Assembly: GCF_018977255.1 (NCBI RefSeq)
Contig: NW_024704743.1
Location: forward strand, 36,892,001 to 36,956,000
Source: Callorhinchus milii
Taxonomy: Eukaryota
DNA length: 64,000 nt
Direction: 5' to 3'
The position numbers were made by a program, and so were the translations under genes. The notes beneath the pieces are model-generated. The model was given only the letters and a program-made list of their open reading frames with translations, made no database searches and had not been told where the DNA came from. Of this stretch, positions 39,276 through 52,805 are shown piece by piece (position 1 is the stretch's first letter; the number at the start of each line of letters is the position of its first letter).

Positions 39276-41429
39276 CCTCTGTTGCTCTGACCAATGGCTA
39301 ACATTGCATCAAGACCCCCAAAGGATGAATGGAAGAGTATCCAAGGCACAGGCTAAAATAATGTATTTCACACTTCCTCATTTGAATTACAAGTCCTGTC
39401 TTTACAGAGAATGCAATATGTGCCAGCCAATCTGTGAACATCTTGCATAGTAGCTTTTTCCTCTGAAGTTGAATCATCCTATGGAGCATCAGGAATTCTG
39501 TCACTAGGCAGATCAAATGGGTTCACCATAAGCCTCCCTTTGAAGCATTTGCTGCCTCAATCTATACACTCAAAATTACCAGCACACTGCAAACCCAACG
39601 CTGCATAAGTAAATAAAGAAAATCTTTATTAAATTCTTTGCTCTCCTTCCCTTCCTCCCTTCTTCTTCTCCCCCCTTCCCAGCCTCGCCCCACCCTGCCA
39701 GATGATCCCAATAATTTTGTGATACTTTAAATAAAAAGAGAAAAATCTTTCGCTCTCAATGGGTTCTGATCATCAGACACTACACAGGCCACTGCTGCCA
39801 CTTTCCCCCACTGATTCACACTGCTCACAGTTCAGAATCCTGCCTTCATCCACTCCATTGGGAGTCCCGGTTTCATCAATATGTCCTTTCAATTCAAATT
39901 CCGCTCACACACTGACAGCCTTCCACTGCTCAGACTTGCATCAAACGAGGGAATGGCATCGTTTACCACACACAGATATGGAGCCAATTTCTTGCAACAC
40001 ACAAAAAAATAAATGCAGCAGTATTTCTTCAAGTCTGTTTCTTTTATTAACTGTGTAGTTTTAAACATATTCGTCATTGTGTTGTGCTCATGATTTTTTA
40101 AAAAGTAAAGCCTTGTCTTTAATGTTGTATTGTACTATCTAGCAGTCACAATGCCTTCAGAACATTTCAGTGACATCTGAATATTACATCAAACCAGGAT
40201 CCAATCCCACCCTCATGGTGCACCATAGCTCAGGTGCACCAGAATAACTAAAAATATAAGAGAGGTTTCCTGTGTCTGAGCTGCAGTTTATCTCTATGGA
40301 CAGGGAGACTTAATACTTTATACAGTACTTCAAACTAATGTACAGTTGTGGCTCTGAGGTTCATAAACACTTTTGTTCAGACTTTACGTTATCTCAGGGG
40401 ACATAGTTCTTTACCAAAGATACCTGTGACAGGGAAAATAAATTCATATTTGTTAAAGGTTTGTAAAAACGACTGCCTATTGAATGGCCCCTAACTAGAA
40501 CTAATCCATCTTTGAAGGGAGTGCAGAACTCAATGTCTTCCACAGCAAAGATGTGCTCTCACAAAGTTACAGTCCACCAGCAGAGCTATGGCAGACACAG
40601 ACAGTGTTTAGTGGTGGCTGACAGTGCGACAACTCATTAAAACAACAGAGGAATATAATAATATAATAATAATAAAATAATAATAATAATGCTGCCTGAC
40701 CTCAGTGGGGGGGGAATGTAAATCTAGTTATCCGCATTAAGTTCAATAAGAAACAATGAAGGATTAAGAGTGGTCCGTATTAAACAGGTTTATGTATGAT
40801 TTTTTAAAAATCACCTTTATATACATATTTCACATTTACACTGGTTATAAAATAATCCTTGCATTGAAAGTGCCTTTTACATTGGGAGGACGTCTCACAG
40901 GATAAACTGTAAAGTGGAGTGACTGCGTGTATTTTGTTTATGTTAATTATGTACATATTTCACATTTCCACTGGTTGTTCCTGATATTCATGTTTAAAAT
41001 TAATTGATACTTCACTACAGATCACTTCACTGGTTACATGTTAGCATTCAACAGGAAGTCACCACAGGTGTGTCAAAAACACAACCTGTTTGCACAGTCA
41101 AAATACTTGGCATTACGATACAAAGCTGCATTTATAATATTGTGAACATGGGAAAATGAGCTCTTAAAGAGAGATTGTCTGTGTCAATGGTCAGGACGTG
41201 TTCAAAGATCGCACTGCTGTATCACTGATCCTCCCAATTTATTTTAACATTTGCATCTCAAATTTTTCCATGCATCCCACCAACACATGGAAATCCCAGA
41301 TATAGATTGTTGGAATGGTATGCACACTCTCTCCCTGGAGGAACGCATCCTGCTTACCTGATCCTGGAAAGTATTAAGCGCAGGTTGGCAAGAGCCAAGG
41401 CTTGGGGACCCCAGATTGTGCATTGGGGT

Positions 41430-41612
41430 ACTGCTGGAGTCTAACCAGCTAAAACTTCGTAGCTTTCCATTGATATTGCTGTCCGGCAAGCTTTCCCGCC
41501 GCTTGTCCAGCTAGGATCATCTTAATCGTTAGGGCTTTGGCTTGCAAGGTTAACAGGAACTGGGTGATATGACTCCATGGCCCCAGTGACTATTCTGCCC
41601 TTCCAGGTCCTG
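41430..41612 (+). repeat. Unclassified interspersed repeat ('family B')
   Basis: ctg(c/t)ggagt(t/c)taaccagctaaaac...gcttgtc(c/t)agc shared with 20139-20240 and 20455-20505(+), and with 63730-64000(-). Confidence 0.7.
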
Positions 41613-41879
41613 TCAATGAGCCAGGCTGGCTGTGCTGTCAAAAGCAGTGCCCTGGGGCTTGAACCACAACCTTCAAATCTGGAGGAAAGAAAGACTGCTA
41701 CCAAGTGAGCCAGCTGACATCTAGGCTGAGAGCATTGTCACCTGATATTCAGGCACAGCTCCCGGCTGTGAGTAACAACAATGTGAAAGGTGTATGAAGT
41801 CATTGCATGCCTGGTGTGCTGTTGTTCTGCAGACGCACACACAAAATCTCCACGATTTATAAATCGCTACTCAGGTGTG

Positions 41880-42115
41880 AGTAACTCTCACAGTGCAGGC
41901 GGAAGCCCAGTATAAAGCCAGCACCCACAGTACACTCTCTCAATGTGCGCACTCACTGAAGAACTCCACAACCTAATCACTTCAGTTTACGGTCTCTAGC
42001 TTTCTCACCCAAGAGAGAATTTCAATAAACATTGCCACAGCAGCTGGTGTGAAAGCATTTCATTTTTTTCCCCTTAGTTAATCTCCTTTCACTTTACCTC
42101 ACCATGAGAGTAAGC
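41880..42115 (+). promoter_or_regulatory. Possible TATA promoter and first exon of an unidentified transcript
   Basis: TATAAA at 41911 preceded by ggcggaagc (ETS-like) and tgagtaa (AP-1-like). Downstream cacc-ATG-AGA|gtaagc at ~42104-42115. No downstream exons identified. Confidence 0.3.
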
Positions 42116-45010
42116 TTACAACTGCTATATTGTTTATCATGACAATCCTTTAAGGCCAATGTAACACAATGTTATTGCATGCACCAGATGCCTTGTGCCA
42201 CTTCTGTTAACCTTCCCCACCACAGCAGTGAATTCACGAGCTATTAACATTTAATATGTAGCAAGGGAAACCTATTCATTCCTTCTGAACGCTCTTACTG
42301 TTGCTTTACTGTTCTTGCCTCTTATCCAGTTTACAGGCAGATCTTAAACAGAGGTGTTACCCTGGCAGCCCTCCAGGCTTCTGGCACAACTCTCACAGCC
42401 AAGAATGACTGAAGGATTGTGGCCAGAGCCTCGGCAGGAAAAATTCTCTTCTCTTTTCGAATAGAGCTGTGGGATCTTTAGCGTCCACCTGACCATAGGA
42501 ACATAAGACCTGGAGTAGGCCATTCAGCCCCTCGAGCCTGTTCTGCCATTCTATAAGATCACGGCTGATCTGTACCTCAACTCCTAATACCTGCCCTTAC
42601 CCCATATCCCTTGATACCCTGACCTAACAAATAGCTATCCACCTCAGTCTTGAAAATTTGAAATGATCCAGCATCCACAGACTTTGGGGGGAACAAGCGA
42701 AGAAGACCTTAATTTAATTTCTCACCCGAAGGACAGCGATTCTGGCCTGTGACTAGTTAAGGAGCAATCGCTCCAGATGCATACCTTGCCAGGCAGGTCA
42801 CCAGATTTGCTTTCCCGTTTGAAGAATGAAGCTGGCTTCATTGAGCGTGTCGCTTTGTTCCACGACACAATATTTATCTTATAGGAAGTCATGTTCCAAC
42901 AAAGCTTTTCTTTCCTGTCATTCTGAAGTGAACAGATTGGGGCTGACAGAGCCTTTGAGACACTCAGTGATCAAAAATGCCTGACATCTTCTGAAGAGTT
43001 GACAAAGAGCTCTGTGGGGTGTTGAATTCTTTGTCATTTTTTTTATCATGTAGCCTTTCGCAAGTTGAACAGAATGCGGGCTGTCTGTTCACACTGTGAA
43101 CACTAATTTTTTTAAAAATGTTAATTAATGCTAACTTGCAGGTGACTTGAAACCTCAGGAGTTCAGGAGATGGAGAAAAGGTTTACTTCAGTGTTTGCAT
43201 TCCCATAACTTTTCTTGTCTCGCTGATTCAGTGATAATATGTGGTATGGACAGGCAGAGGCAGACACATCCCTTAGCCCCATGTCAAGACTAGTCTGGAC
43301 AATGCCGGGGGTATGCTGCATTGTCGGAGGTACTGTCCTTCGGATAAGATGTTAAACCAACTTCCCATTTGACTGTTCTGGTTGACATTAAAGATCCCAT
43401 GGCACTATTCAAAAAGAGAAGGGAGTTTCTCTTGGTGTCCTGGCAAACGTACATTTGGCTGCCGCATTTCGCCCACAAATATACAGTCAATTCACTTCAC
43501 AGTATATTCTGCGAAGCGCTTTTAGACATTCAGAAGATGTGAAAAGCGTTATATCGAAGGCAAGAATTATTATTATATCATAAACAATCCCCCAAATAAA
43601 ATTTGTCATTCACTTCATGTCTGTTTGTGGGACATTGCTCTGCACAAAATTGGCTGCACAAAATATAATCACTGCATTTTACAATATATCCTGTGAAGCA
43701 CTTTGATCTGTCCTCCCAACATGAAAGGTGGTGTACGGATTATTATTCTTTTTACCTGTGGGGTGAAATTACCCAGACCAAGGATATTTGCAATCTACCA
43801 TTATCTTCCACATTGCGCCATTTGTACTCACACTGGATTCCTCAGACTCATGCGCTGAAAGTTCATGTAAAAGAGCAGAATTCTAGGTACTTTTTGTTTC
43901 AAGGAGGTACAATAAGAATAATCCATGTGTTTGTTATAGAGCCTAAAGCATCAAAACATCTCAAAGCATTTCACAGGGAAAGGCTTATTACCCCCAGAAA
44001 GCTTACTGCTAGGTAACCGGAAGCATGGCTGGTTTTGTGCAAATTAGCTGCTATGTTTTGCCTACAAAGTATATCCCGTAAAGCACTTTGAGACATCCTC
44101 CCAATGTGAAAAACATCCTCCTGACCAAATATAAGGATTATTATTATTATTATCTCATCCTTCTTCAATAACCTCTAGTATCCTTTCCCTGCACCATCAA
44201 GTGTGTTTTTAAATGAGTTCTTGGAGTTCTGGCCTTATCCACCATTTGCCACCTTCCCTGATCATCCTTTGGTATTATAATATTAGAAGGATTTCATGCC
44301 ATTATGTTTTGCATCTGCTACTCTTTCCCTTCCCAGTTCTCTCTTGGATCCCTAATTCTCTACCTCTTTTACCTGCTTCAGCATAGTCTTATACTCAGCC
44401 CAAAAGTCATCCTTTCCGGTTCTTTACAACATTTATAAACTTTTTTTCCACCTTAATCTTCAGTTTAATTCCCTTTAATTGTTTTCAGCTTGCCAATCAG
44501 GAGATGAAGCTCTTCCAGTCCCAGTGGTACATTGCAGCTGGTGTGAAATATGTCAGTGCGAGACATCTGCTTTAATTCTCCAAAGGTGATGATAGTCCTT
44601 TGATGTGGGACAAGTTGGAACGTTTGCATGACACTACATTCAACACGGGATGTGGCAAGACTTCAAACAGACTCTAAATTTCAGTCTTTGAGATCTTTTC
44701 TCTCACATTACCTTGAGACTATCCCCACATTAAAACCAGGTACCAGTGAGATTACTCTTCAACTTTGTTTGGTTCTGATGTGGAAGATGAGTTTCTTGTC
44801 TTCACATGTCCTCCTTTATCAGGGCATGTCATTCTCTATCACAGCTATGCTACACTCCCTGACTTGCGTATTGCTGATATATCCTTACCTACCTGATATA
44901 CTCTTATAATTATACTTCTGAGTTGATGTACCCTGAGGTTATTGATGATGGAGTCTTACTCTATTCACTCCATCTAGTCGAAACCAAAGCACCAATGGCA
45001 ACATCTAAAT

Positions 45011-45202
45011 CAGTGGTGGTCAACCCATGGGCATCAAGAAGTGGCTCGCGGAACCCTCGCACTAGTCTAGGTAAGCCTGTGTTAAATCAATATTTTGTCT
45101 CCATTAGTACTGAGTAGCGATATGAATGGTGTGGCCATAAATCAAGAAATATTCAATCAAGAAGTTATTTGGTTGGCCGAACAAAATGTTTGGCCACCAC
45201 TG
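45011..45202. mobile_element. hAT (Charlie-like) MITE, 192 bp
   Basis: TIRs cagtggtgg(t/c)caa (12/13 match); perfect 8-bp TSD atctaaat at 45003-45010 and 45203-45210. Confidence 0.92.
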
Positions 45203-48200
45203 ATCTAAATAACGGTCCACTCACTCCATCATCTGCACAGGTACTCTCTGATTCCCCAAAACAATTGATCAAATTAAAACTCCATCATGTTCAACATTCT
45301 GCTTTTCAGCTCTGACCTCCCTCCCTCCCCCCCGTCCTCAGACATGGCACAACATTCCTCTGAGAAGCAACCCAGCAATGCATTGCCATTATGGAATCTT
45401 TGGGTGAAAAATGCAATATTTCGTAACAGATTTGATATAACAAGTCGAAGGCCACAATTTCCACCTAGTCAGTCTGCAAGACAGTTGTCTTGACATTTAA
45501 GGATTGGCTAAAATTGTGGAAAATTCTTAAACTCACTGTGAATTTGGAAGCCTTTTTATCCTGCAATTCTTAAGAAGGACTGTCTTCCAAATTAAAACTG
45601 CATTTCAGAATTTTCTAATGGGTGCAACCTTGAATTTTAAAACAAATGGTCTGATAGGCTGAGACGAAGTGTAACTTTAACCCTGTAATCTGTTAAGAAT
45701 CTGTTGTAATTTTAATTCATTCAACAACAACAACTTGCATTTATATAGCACCCCTCACCCAGGATAGTGTCCATTTAACATAGAGTAACAAACCATTTAG
45801 CCCATTAGATCAGAATTGGTGGGGTTTCCTTCACATAAAACATCTAAGCCACCTAATCAATTCTACTTCCCCACTCAACCCAATGCACTTTAATTATTTT
45901 GTGTAAGAATAATAATAATCCTTGTTTCTTTTTATATCAGGAGAACATTTCAAAGTGCTTCAAAGCACTTTGTGAAGTACAATGGTTGTGTATTTGTAGG
46001 TGATCATGGCAGGCCATTTGCACATAACAAAATCCTATGAACAGCCATGAAACAAATTACCAATTTTATTTGGGTGGTTGTTGACCAGGACATCAGGAAA
46101 AACTCCCCTCTCTTTTCAAATAGTGCCATGGTATCCACCTTAATAGTACCTTGGTTTAGTATCTCATCCAAAGGACAGCATCAACAATACAACATACCTC
46201 CGACACTGGATTGGAATATCATCTTAGACTATAAGTTCCATGTCCTAACTTGCGCCTTGAACCCACGTGCTTATGACACAGGGATGAGAGTGCAACCAAC
46301 TGAGCCAGGCTGACACCCAAAGGCGTGGCGAGACTTGGAATAATCCTTTTCTAACTTAAATGTAATTACACAGCAGTATTTTTACACATCGACAATCACA
46401 GGATCACCATTATCTGAAAATGTGATATCACAGTAAGTGAACATGCTGAAGTTCATGTACTGACTCTGAAAGTCACAGATGCTTCTGTATCCAGCCCCTC
46501 TCCCATCCTATTTCCTCCAGCTGACTCTCAGTCAATTGGAGGATATCTGGAGTTCCTGCATCCAAGCCAGTCAAAGCCCTAACCCAAAAGGATCATTTGA
46601 ACTAGATCAGAACTTATGGTGTACAGGACTCTATATTTTTTGGTCAGCCGGGTGTCTGACACATGGAAAACCAATCACCATGCTAAACATATCCAAATCA
46701 AACTGAGAATTCCATGCATCCCAATTACATATGGAAAATCCAGAGAGATTGTTAGAATGGTATGCACACTCTCTGCCTGGAGGGATACATCTTGCTTACC
46801 TAATTCCAGAAAATATTAGGCACAGGTTGGCAAGAGCCAAGGATTGGGGACCCCAGGGTCTAATAATGTGATGTTCAGTACAAGATTCATAAATCTTGAA
46901 TCCCACAGGTAACTCAATGTGTGTCAGACTGACCCCTGGGAACTCTGCTCTGATATGAGATGTGATTTGAGCTCATTGGAGCAACGTTGCAGCTGGAAGC
47001 CGTGACACATTTCAGTTACTGACAGGATTCAATTCACCGTTGTAACCAAAAGTTTTGCCGTAGGTGACAACGGAGGAATGTAGTATGCAGCATAATAAAG
47101 GGATATGAAGTAGGAAGCTCATGAAAGGAATCCAGTCCACTTACACCAACAATTTATGTTTATATATAGCATCTTTCACCTTGGAAGGACATTGTAAAGT
47201 GCTTCACGCTGCTGATTAGCAGTCCGAACTAGCAGGGAAGGGGTGGTAGGAGCTGGAGGAGAAGGTGGCCAAAAGTGCTGTCGAAAAGATAGCTCTTAAA
47301 AATTAACATACAGAATCTAAGCCAGTATGTGAAAAGAATCCGATTTACAGTGCTTTTAGTCTTAAAGTTTTAAAAGCAGCCAAATTACCAGCACAGAGGA
47401 GACTTTCAGCCCGACAGATTGGGACTGGTTTCAAGTCAGGTCTCAGAAGAGGAAGGGCAGCATGCCAGCCCATCCTGCCATCAGGCCACTTTTATTTTAT
47501 TACTAAAATATTCAACATTTGCTCCGTGTGATGCACCTGGAGATTTCATAGAACTAAGAAAGACTGAATATCTGGGCGTGTACATGCAGCACAGCTGGCA
47601 TGACTGTTAAATGAAAGACGTATGCTCACCTGGCCCTGTATAATGGGATAACATCAAGACAGCAAAAAAAAACTGGGAAAAACATCTTGGGGGTGAAAAT
47701 GTATCTCCTGCTGGGTACTCCCTGTATGTCACACAAGCTAGTCTCGCAGGTCATCATGTCGCCGAGACGTCCCAAAGCGCTTTGCAGGACATATTGTAGA
47801 GTGGAGTGACTGTGTGTTTTGTGGTAGAAACATGGCAACCAATTTGCACACAGCGATATTCCACAAACAGCCATGGAGTGATTGACAACAGGTGCATGCT
47901 CCCATTTTCTACTGAATGTACTCAGTTTTTCTAACTCCACTGTCTCCTCTGTAACAGATATGAGTTTTACATCTTACAGCAAGATTAAAGAGTAAGAATA
48001 AGTACCCAACTGGTAGATCAGACTCAATTTAGACATTACTATTTTTGCTAAAAAATAGTAATTTACAAAAGCTTTATTTGAATTTTGAGCGTTTAATAAT
48101 TTATAAGATCTTTGCATTTGATATACACACTAATAGAGTGTGGATTCACCTGCAATACATTTTCAGGATTATTTGTTGTTTTTATTTAAGATTTACAGCA

Positions 48201-48367
48201 GCCGTCATTTCTCTTTTTATCTTCAGTACTTTCTGGCTCATTGGGACATTTTAGTAGAAATATAATACTGCCACCTGCTGGATATCAAGGTGCACTTCTA
48301 CTTGTCATGCCAAAACAAATTACACTTGTATAGCGCCCTTCGCTGGGCTTGCATTTGATATTGTGCT

Positions 48368-48830
48368 CACAACAACAACTTGCATTTACACAGCGCCCTT
48401 CACGTGGCGTAGCCTCCAGGAGCACTTGACAGTGATGGAGTCTGACCCCCGAGACCAGGGGCAGAGGGAGGGGGATGGGGGGGGGGGTGACCGTAAACAT
48501 GAGCAAAAAGGAAGGCATTTGGCAGGATTTGAAAGCATGGAGGGAGGGGGCAAGGCTGAGGGATTGGGGAGAGAGATACAGTGCGTTGGGGTATAGTGGC
48601 TGAAAGCACAGCCACTGATGGTGGAGCGGAGAGGGCGAGGGACGAACAAGAGGCCGGAGCTGGACAAGAGGAAACAGCGGGTGGTGGAGTGGGGGGCAAG
48701 TCGGTTCGATAGGTAGGAAGGTGTGAGGACATGAAGGGATTTGAAAACAAGTGAGAGGATCTTGAAGTCGATCCGTTCGGTAATTGGGAGGCAGTGCAGC
48801 CTGGCACGGACTGGTGTGATGGGGGTCCCA
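48368..48830 (-). mobile_element. L2 3' fragment (second subfamily)
   Basis: Reverse-strand similarity to 17600-18238; aacaacaacttgcattt tail on +. Confidence 0.8.
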
Positions 48831-51800
48831 AAGTTATGATGTCAATAGGTCTTAAAGTTCCTTACAGTAATTACTGTCAAGTGTAGGCAAACACAGCAGC
48901 CATTTTGCACACAGCAAAGCTCCACACACAAGGGAGGTGAATGGTCAATTAATCTCAAGGAATTTCTCTTGATATCCTGGCCAATAATCCTCTGTTAAAA
49001 TTGATCATTCACTTCATGGCTGATTGTGGACATTGCTTTGTGAAAATTGACTGCTGCATTCACCAACAAATTCACATTGACTACACTTTACTGTAAATTG
49101 TCTGACACACTTTGAGTGTTTTGGTGCTGTGATAAGGTGCTATATTAAATGCAAGGGTTACTATTGTTGGTGGGACAGACCTCAGGAGAAAGTCTCCTCT
49201 TTCAAATAGTATTGCATGACCCACCAGAGCAATACATTCAACATCTCATCCAAAGGATGCCACCACCAACAGAGTAATACATTCTGGTGTCAACCTAGGT
49301 GCAAAGTCTTGAAGTGGGGTTTGAATCCACAGCATTACGATACAAAAGAGAGAACCCTACCCGAATCAGACTGACACCTGAATAGCACTGTATTTTTATA
49401 GTCTACCCTTAAATTGCCTTTTGAAACCCTGAACATGTGTTTTGGGTTTACTTTCTCAATTCCGATTAAAGTCTTATGTACTTCCAATAAGGTCCCCTCA
49501 AGTGCCTCTTTTTAACTTATCTAATTGTTGCTCATAGTCAGGGTCAATAAAAAATTGTGGAAATATTTGCCCAAAACTGCAGAAATATTTGCCCCCAAAC
49601 TGCAGGGAAATTTGCCAGGTTTGGGGGAAATTTTCAGGGAATTGATTGATGCTGTTGAAGTACATTTTACTGCCAACCTACAATTTTTTTCAATTTATTG
49701 ATAAAAACTAAACAGAAAAAAAACACATATTAGATGGTTGTAAAAAAAATTAATGTTTTCTTTCACAAAAACTGGGTGGCCTACTCGAGGGGTGGCGGGG
49801 AAGGGGCGCTGGAGATCCACAAAAAAACGGCATTGCTCATTGTGGGGCTACAGGAGGTCAGCAATGTGGATGTGTGTGTGGAAACATCAGCGTAGGCCCA
49901 AAGGGCCGAATGGTCCGTTTCCATCCTGCCTACATTTGAAGGCCGAGAGATCCGCCAAACACCCAACATTGCTCGCCAAGCTTGCCAGTGTCCTGACTGC
50001 TTGGCCCACCACCGCACACAAAACCCAGAGAGAGATGCACGCACTCACAGACACTGTGTGTTGTGGTGACCAGAATGTATGCTGTACTTTAGATGCAGCC
50101 TTTCAAGAGCGCTGTATAACTTAAGCACGATTTCCAAAGATCCGAACTCAACTAATCAAACAAATCATGTCGTGAACCAATGTTCACACACTTTCATTCT
50201 ATCAGGGCTCACTGAATAACTTGAGCAGGAACTGTTATTCCCTTCACTGTCCTCTCCAAACCCCCTCCAACAGGGATATGGGAAATTAGGAAATTTCCCG
50301 AATACCCCCATGATTGGCTCCGGATGCTTACCACCCTGCCCAGCCTATTTCGGAAGTTCTATTTAAGTCCTGACAAAGTCTTTAAATGCACAGATGTTTT
50401 ATGCCAAATTGGCCACCCCCACAATTCAGCACCCCCCAATTTACCTGACAATCCCAAGGCCTGTTGGGGAGCTAGTTTCCCCCCCACTTCTGTCCTACCT
50501 GAGACCTCAATTGAACCTGAAGCCTTCCAAGCTGTATGATGTTGCTGCTCAGTGGATAAATGTTCTTCATCATCGGGGAAGTTTCTTACTTTTAAGAGAA
50601 TTTAAACTCACCTTGATGCCACCAGACAGATGTCATGCATTGATTGTACATTTATTCTCTAGTTTCAATATAATTCATTCCAGCCACGTCTAGGAATTTA
50701 TGCCTCATGTCTGACATGAGATTCCTAGCTGTTAGCAGACAGAATACAAATAACAATAAACTTTGCATTTGATATAGTACCCTTCACTTCGGGAGGATAT
50801 CCCAAAGTACTCGACAGGATATATTGTAAAGTGGAGCAACAGTGCTTTGTGGGCGAATGCAGTAGTTTCCTCACAGGAATGTTCCACAATCAGCGAAGGC
50901 GTGAGTGACCAATTTTATTTGGGGGATTTGTTGGCCAGGATACCGGGAGATGTGCCGTTGAGAACAACGCCTGTCCAGCTCGGATCACCTGACCAATTAT
51001 GAACTTTGGCTCACGCGATTAACAAGAGCAAAATTAGGAACAATCCCCGCTCCCAATCTCCAGTCTGTCTCTCCCAAGTCCTACGGATGATTCAGGCTAA
51101 CTGGGCTGTCATCAGCAGTGCTCTGGAGTGCTGGTGAGACAGCCACAAAGTATTGACTTTATTTCAATATTCCATTGCGAAGTGCTTTGGGATGTCCTCC
51201 CGAAGTGAAAGGTACTATATCAAATGCAAAGGTTATTGTAATTTGTATTCTGTCTGCTAACAACATTGGAGCCAGATAAGCTCCAGGAGGTGGAGCTCCC
51301 CCTTAACTCCCCCTCCCCACCCTCCACCCCCAGTTTCTTCATATAAAACTGACTCTTCATCTACACATCAATGTTGTGTGTTCAAATCTTAACAATTTTT
51401 AAATAGGTGTTTTTATGCAGTTTCATTATTGATTGTGTTGAAATTGAAACATGTATACTATTGTAATCATTCTGTATTTTTAACATTTTTGTTGTGCCAA
51501 ACAGTCCAATTAATTCATTTACAAGTGCATTTCATGATTTCTTGCAGAGTCACAAATTCATTTTTTAAATTTGGAAACGTCGTTTGTTGCCCATTGCATA
51601 GTCACTAAAAGAGAGTCAAATTACAATGAGTCGGATTTTATGAGCTCAAGAGCACTATGGATTACAAACCCATTACAAAGGCCATTAGGAGATGAGTTAT
51701 GTTCCAAAGAAACAGATTGCTCTTCTTCAACTAAAAATAGCTCAACAAGCCTCCTATTTAACCAGTTTACAATTCTGCTCCATGACTTCTCACAGTGCAC

Positions 51801-52269
51801 AACAACCAGCTTTCTCTCGATAAATTCACAGGCTCATTCTGTGGTTGTCAAAGACTGATATGCTTTAGGATTTAACAACCTATCAACATGGTTTTCCACA
51901 TTCTCATTTCATTGTCATTTGTTTCAGGCTGTAAATCAGCATAACTGCTTCTCAGTATCCAGTTAGTATTGTATTTCGCTGGAGTGCGCAACTTCATTCA
52001 GAACCGTGTCTCTTACTGATTTCACTGGACACACATTACTGAATTCAAGAAAAATGTCCAGTACACTATTCTAACGACAATTAAGAAAACACATACATGG
52101 AATATACACTCAAGTAATGGAACAATTTAATGACAGCACAAATTCAATGGTTAGGATTCAATGATGAGTGAGCTTTGGGGCTCATTCTCTGGTAAGTGCT
52201 TAACTGTTGTGCTTGTGTTAGGTGAACTTTAATAAGGGATCAGATTAGTTACTATCGATGGATAGCTGA

Positions 52270-52805
52270 TGCTCATCGTGTGCAAAGCCTCTATGGTGTG
52301 AGTGTTCCTCAACCCATTGTGTCATGGATGACCAACATGGGGGGAACTTGGCCGCACTCGAGCTCTACGTTTCTGAGCTTGAGGGTGGCTGGGGACCTCT
52401 GTAACATACAGGAAGACAAAAACACACTTCACGAGGTGGTCAATCCACAGATCAATAGTTAGCGAGGAAGTGGGTGACCATGCACAAGGGTAGAAAAAGT
52501 TGACAGGTGCAATCCAGGGCAAGATACAGCCATGAGAAATGTCACAGGACCATGGAGCAAGTGGCTAGCTGCTGGGGGGAGGGCGGTAGTATTAATAGGA
52601 TAATAGTACAGTATTAATAGGGTACTCCACGATTAAGACAAGTACTTTTATAAACGACAGAACTATGAGTCCTGAATGGAGTCACACCCCAAGGTACCAG
52701 TGTAGTCAAGATTGTAAGATTGGGCAGGTGAATATGTTGTCGGAGGTGCAGGAAGGAAGGATTCAGATTCCTGAGACGTTGGGGACAGTTCTGGGCCTGG
52801 AGGTC
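52270..52805 (+). mobile_element. Highly decayed CR1 ORF1 (esterase-type) remnant, followed by an L2 3' fragment (~52805-53050)
   Basis: Discontinuous translation gives ..VSELE.., WVT, VLIGYSTI (cf. VIGDSII), ES*M (cf. ESRMVC) and GTSV, in the order expected for CR1 ORF1. Confidence 0.5.

Noticed and set aside
42041..42055. miR-138 (agctggtgt), suggested by human synteny; same 9-mer at ~44537
   Set aside because: Only the first 9 nt match, the rest diverges, and no precursor hairpin is seen.
42781..42810. U1 snRNA 5' end-like sequence
   Set aside because: Several mismatches and no continuation.
44489..44575. Exon 2 of the 42.1-kb candidate (LANQEMKLFQSQWY...)
   Set aside because: The acceptor appears to lie in a decayed minus-strand CR1 remnant, the frame stops after 28 codons, and the peptide is not recognisable.
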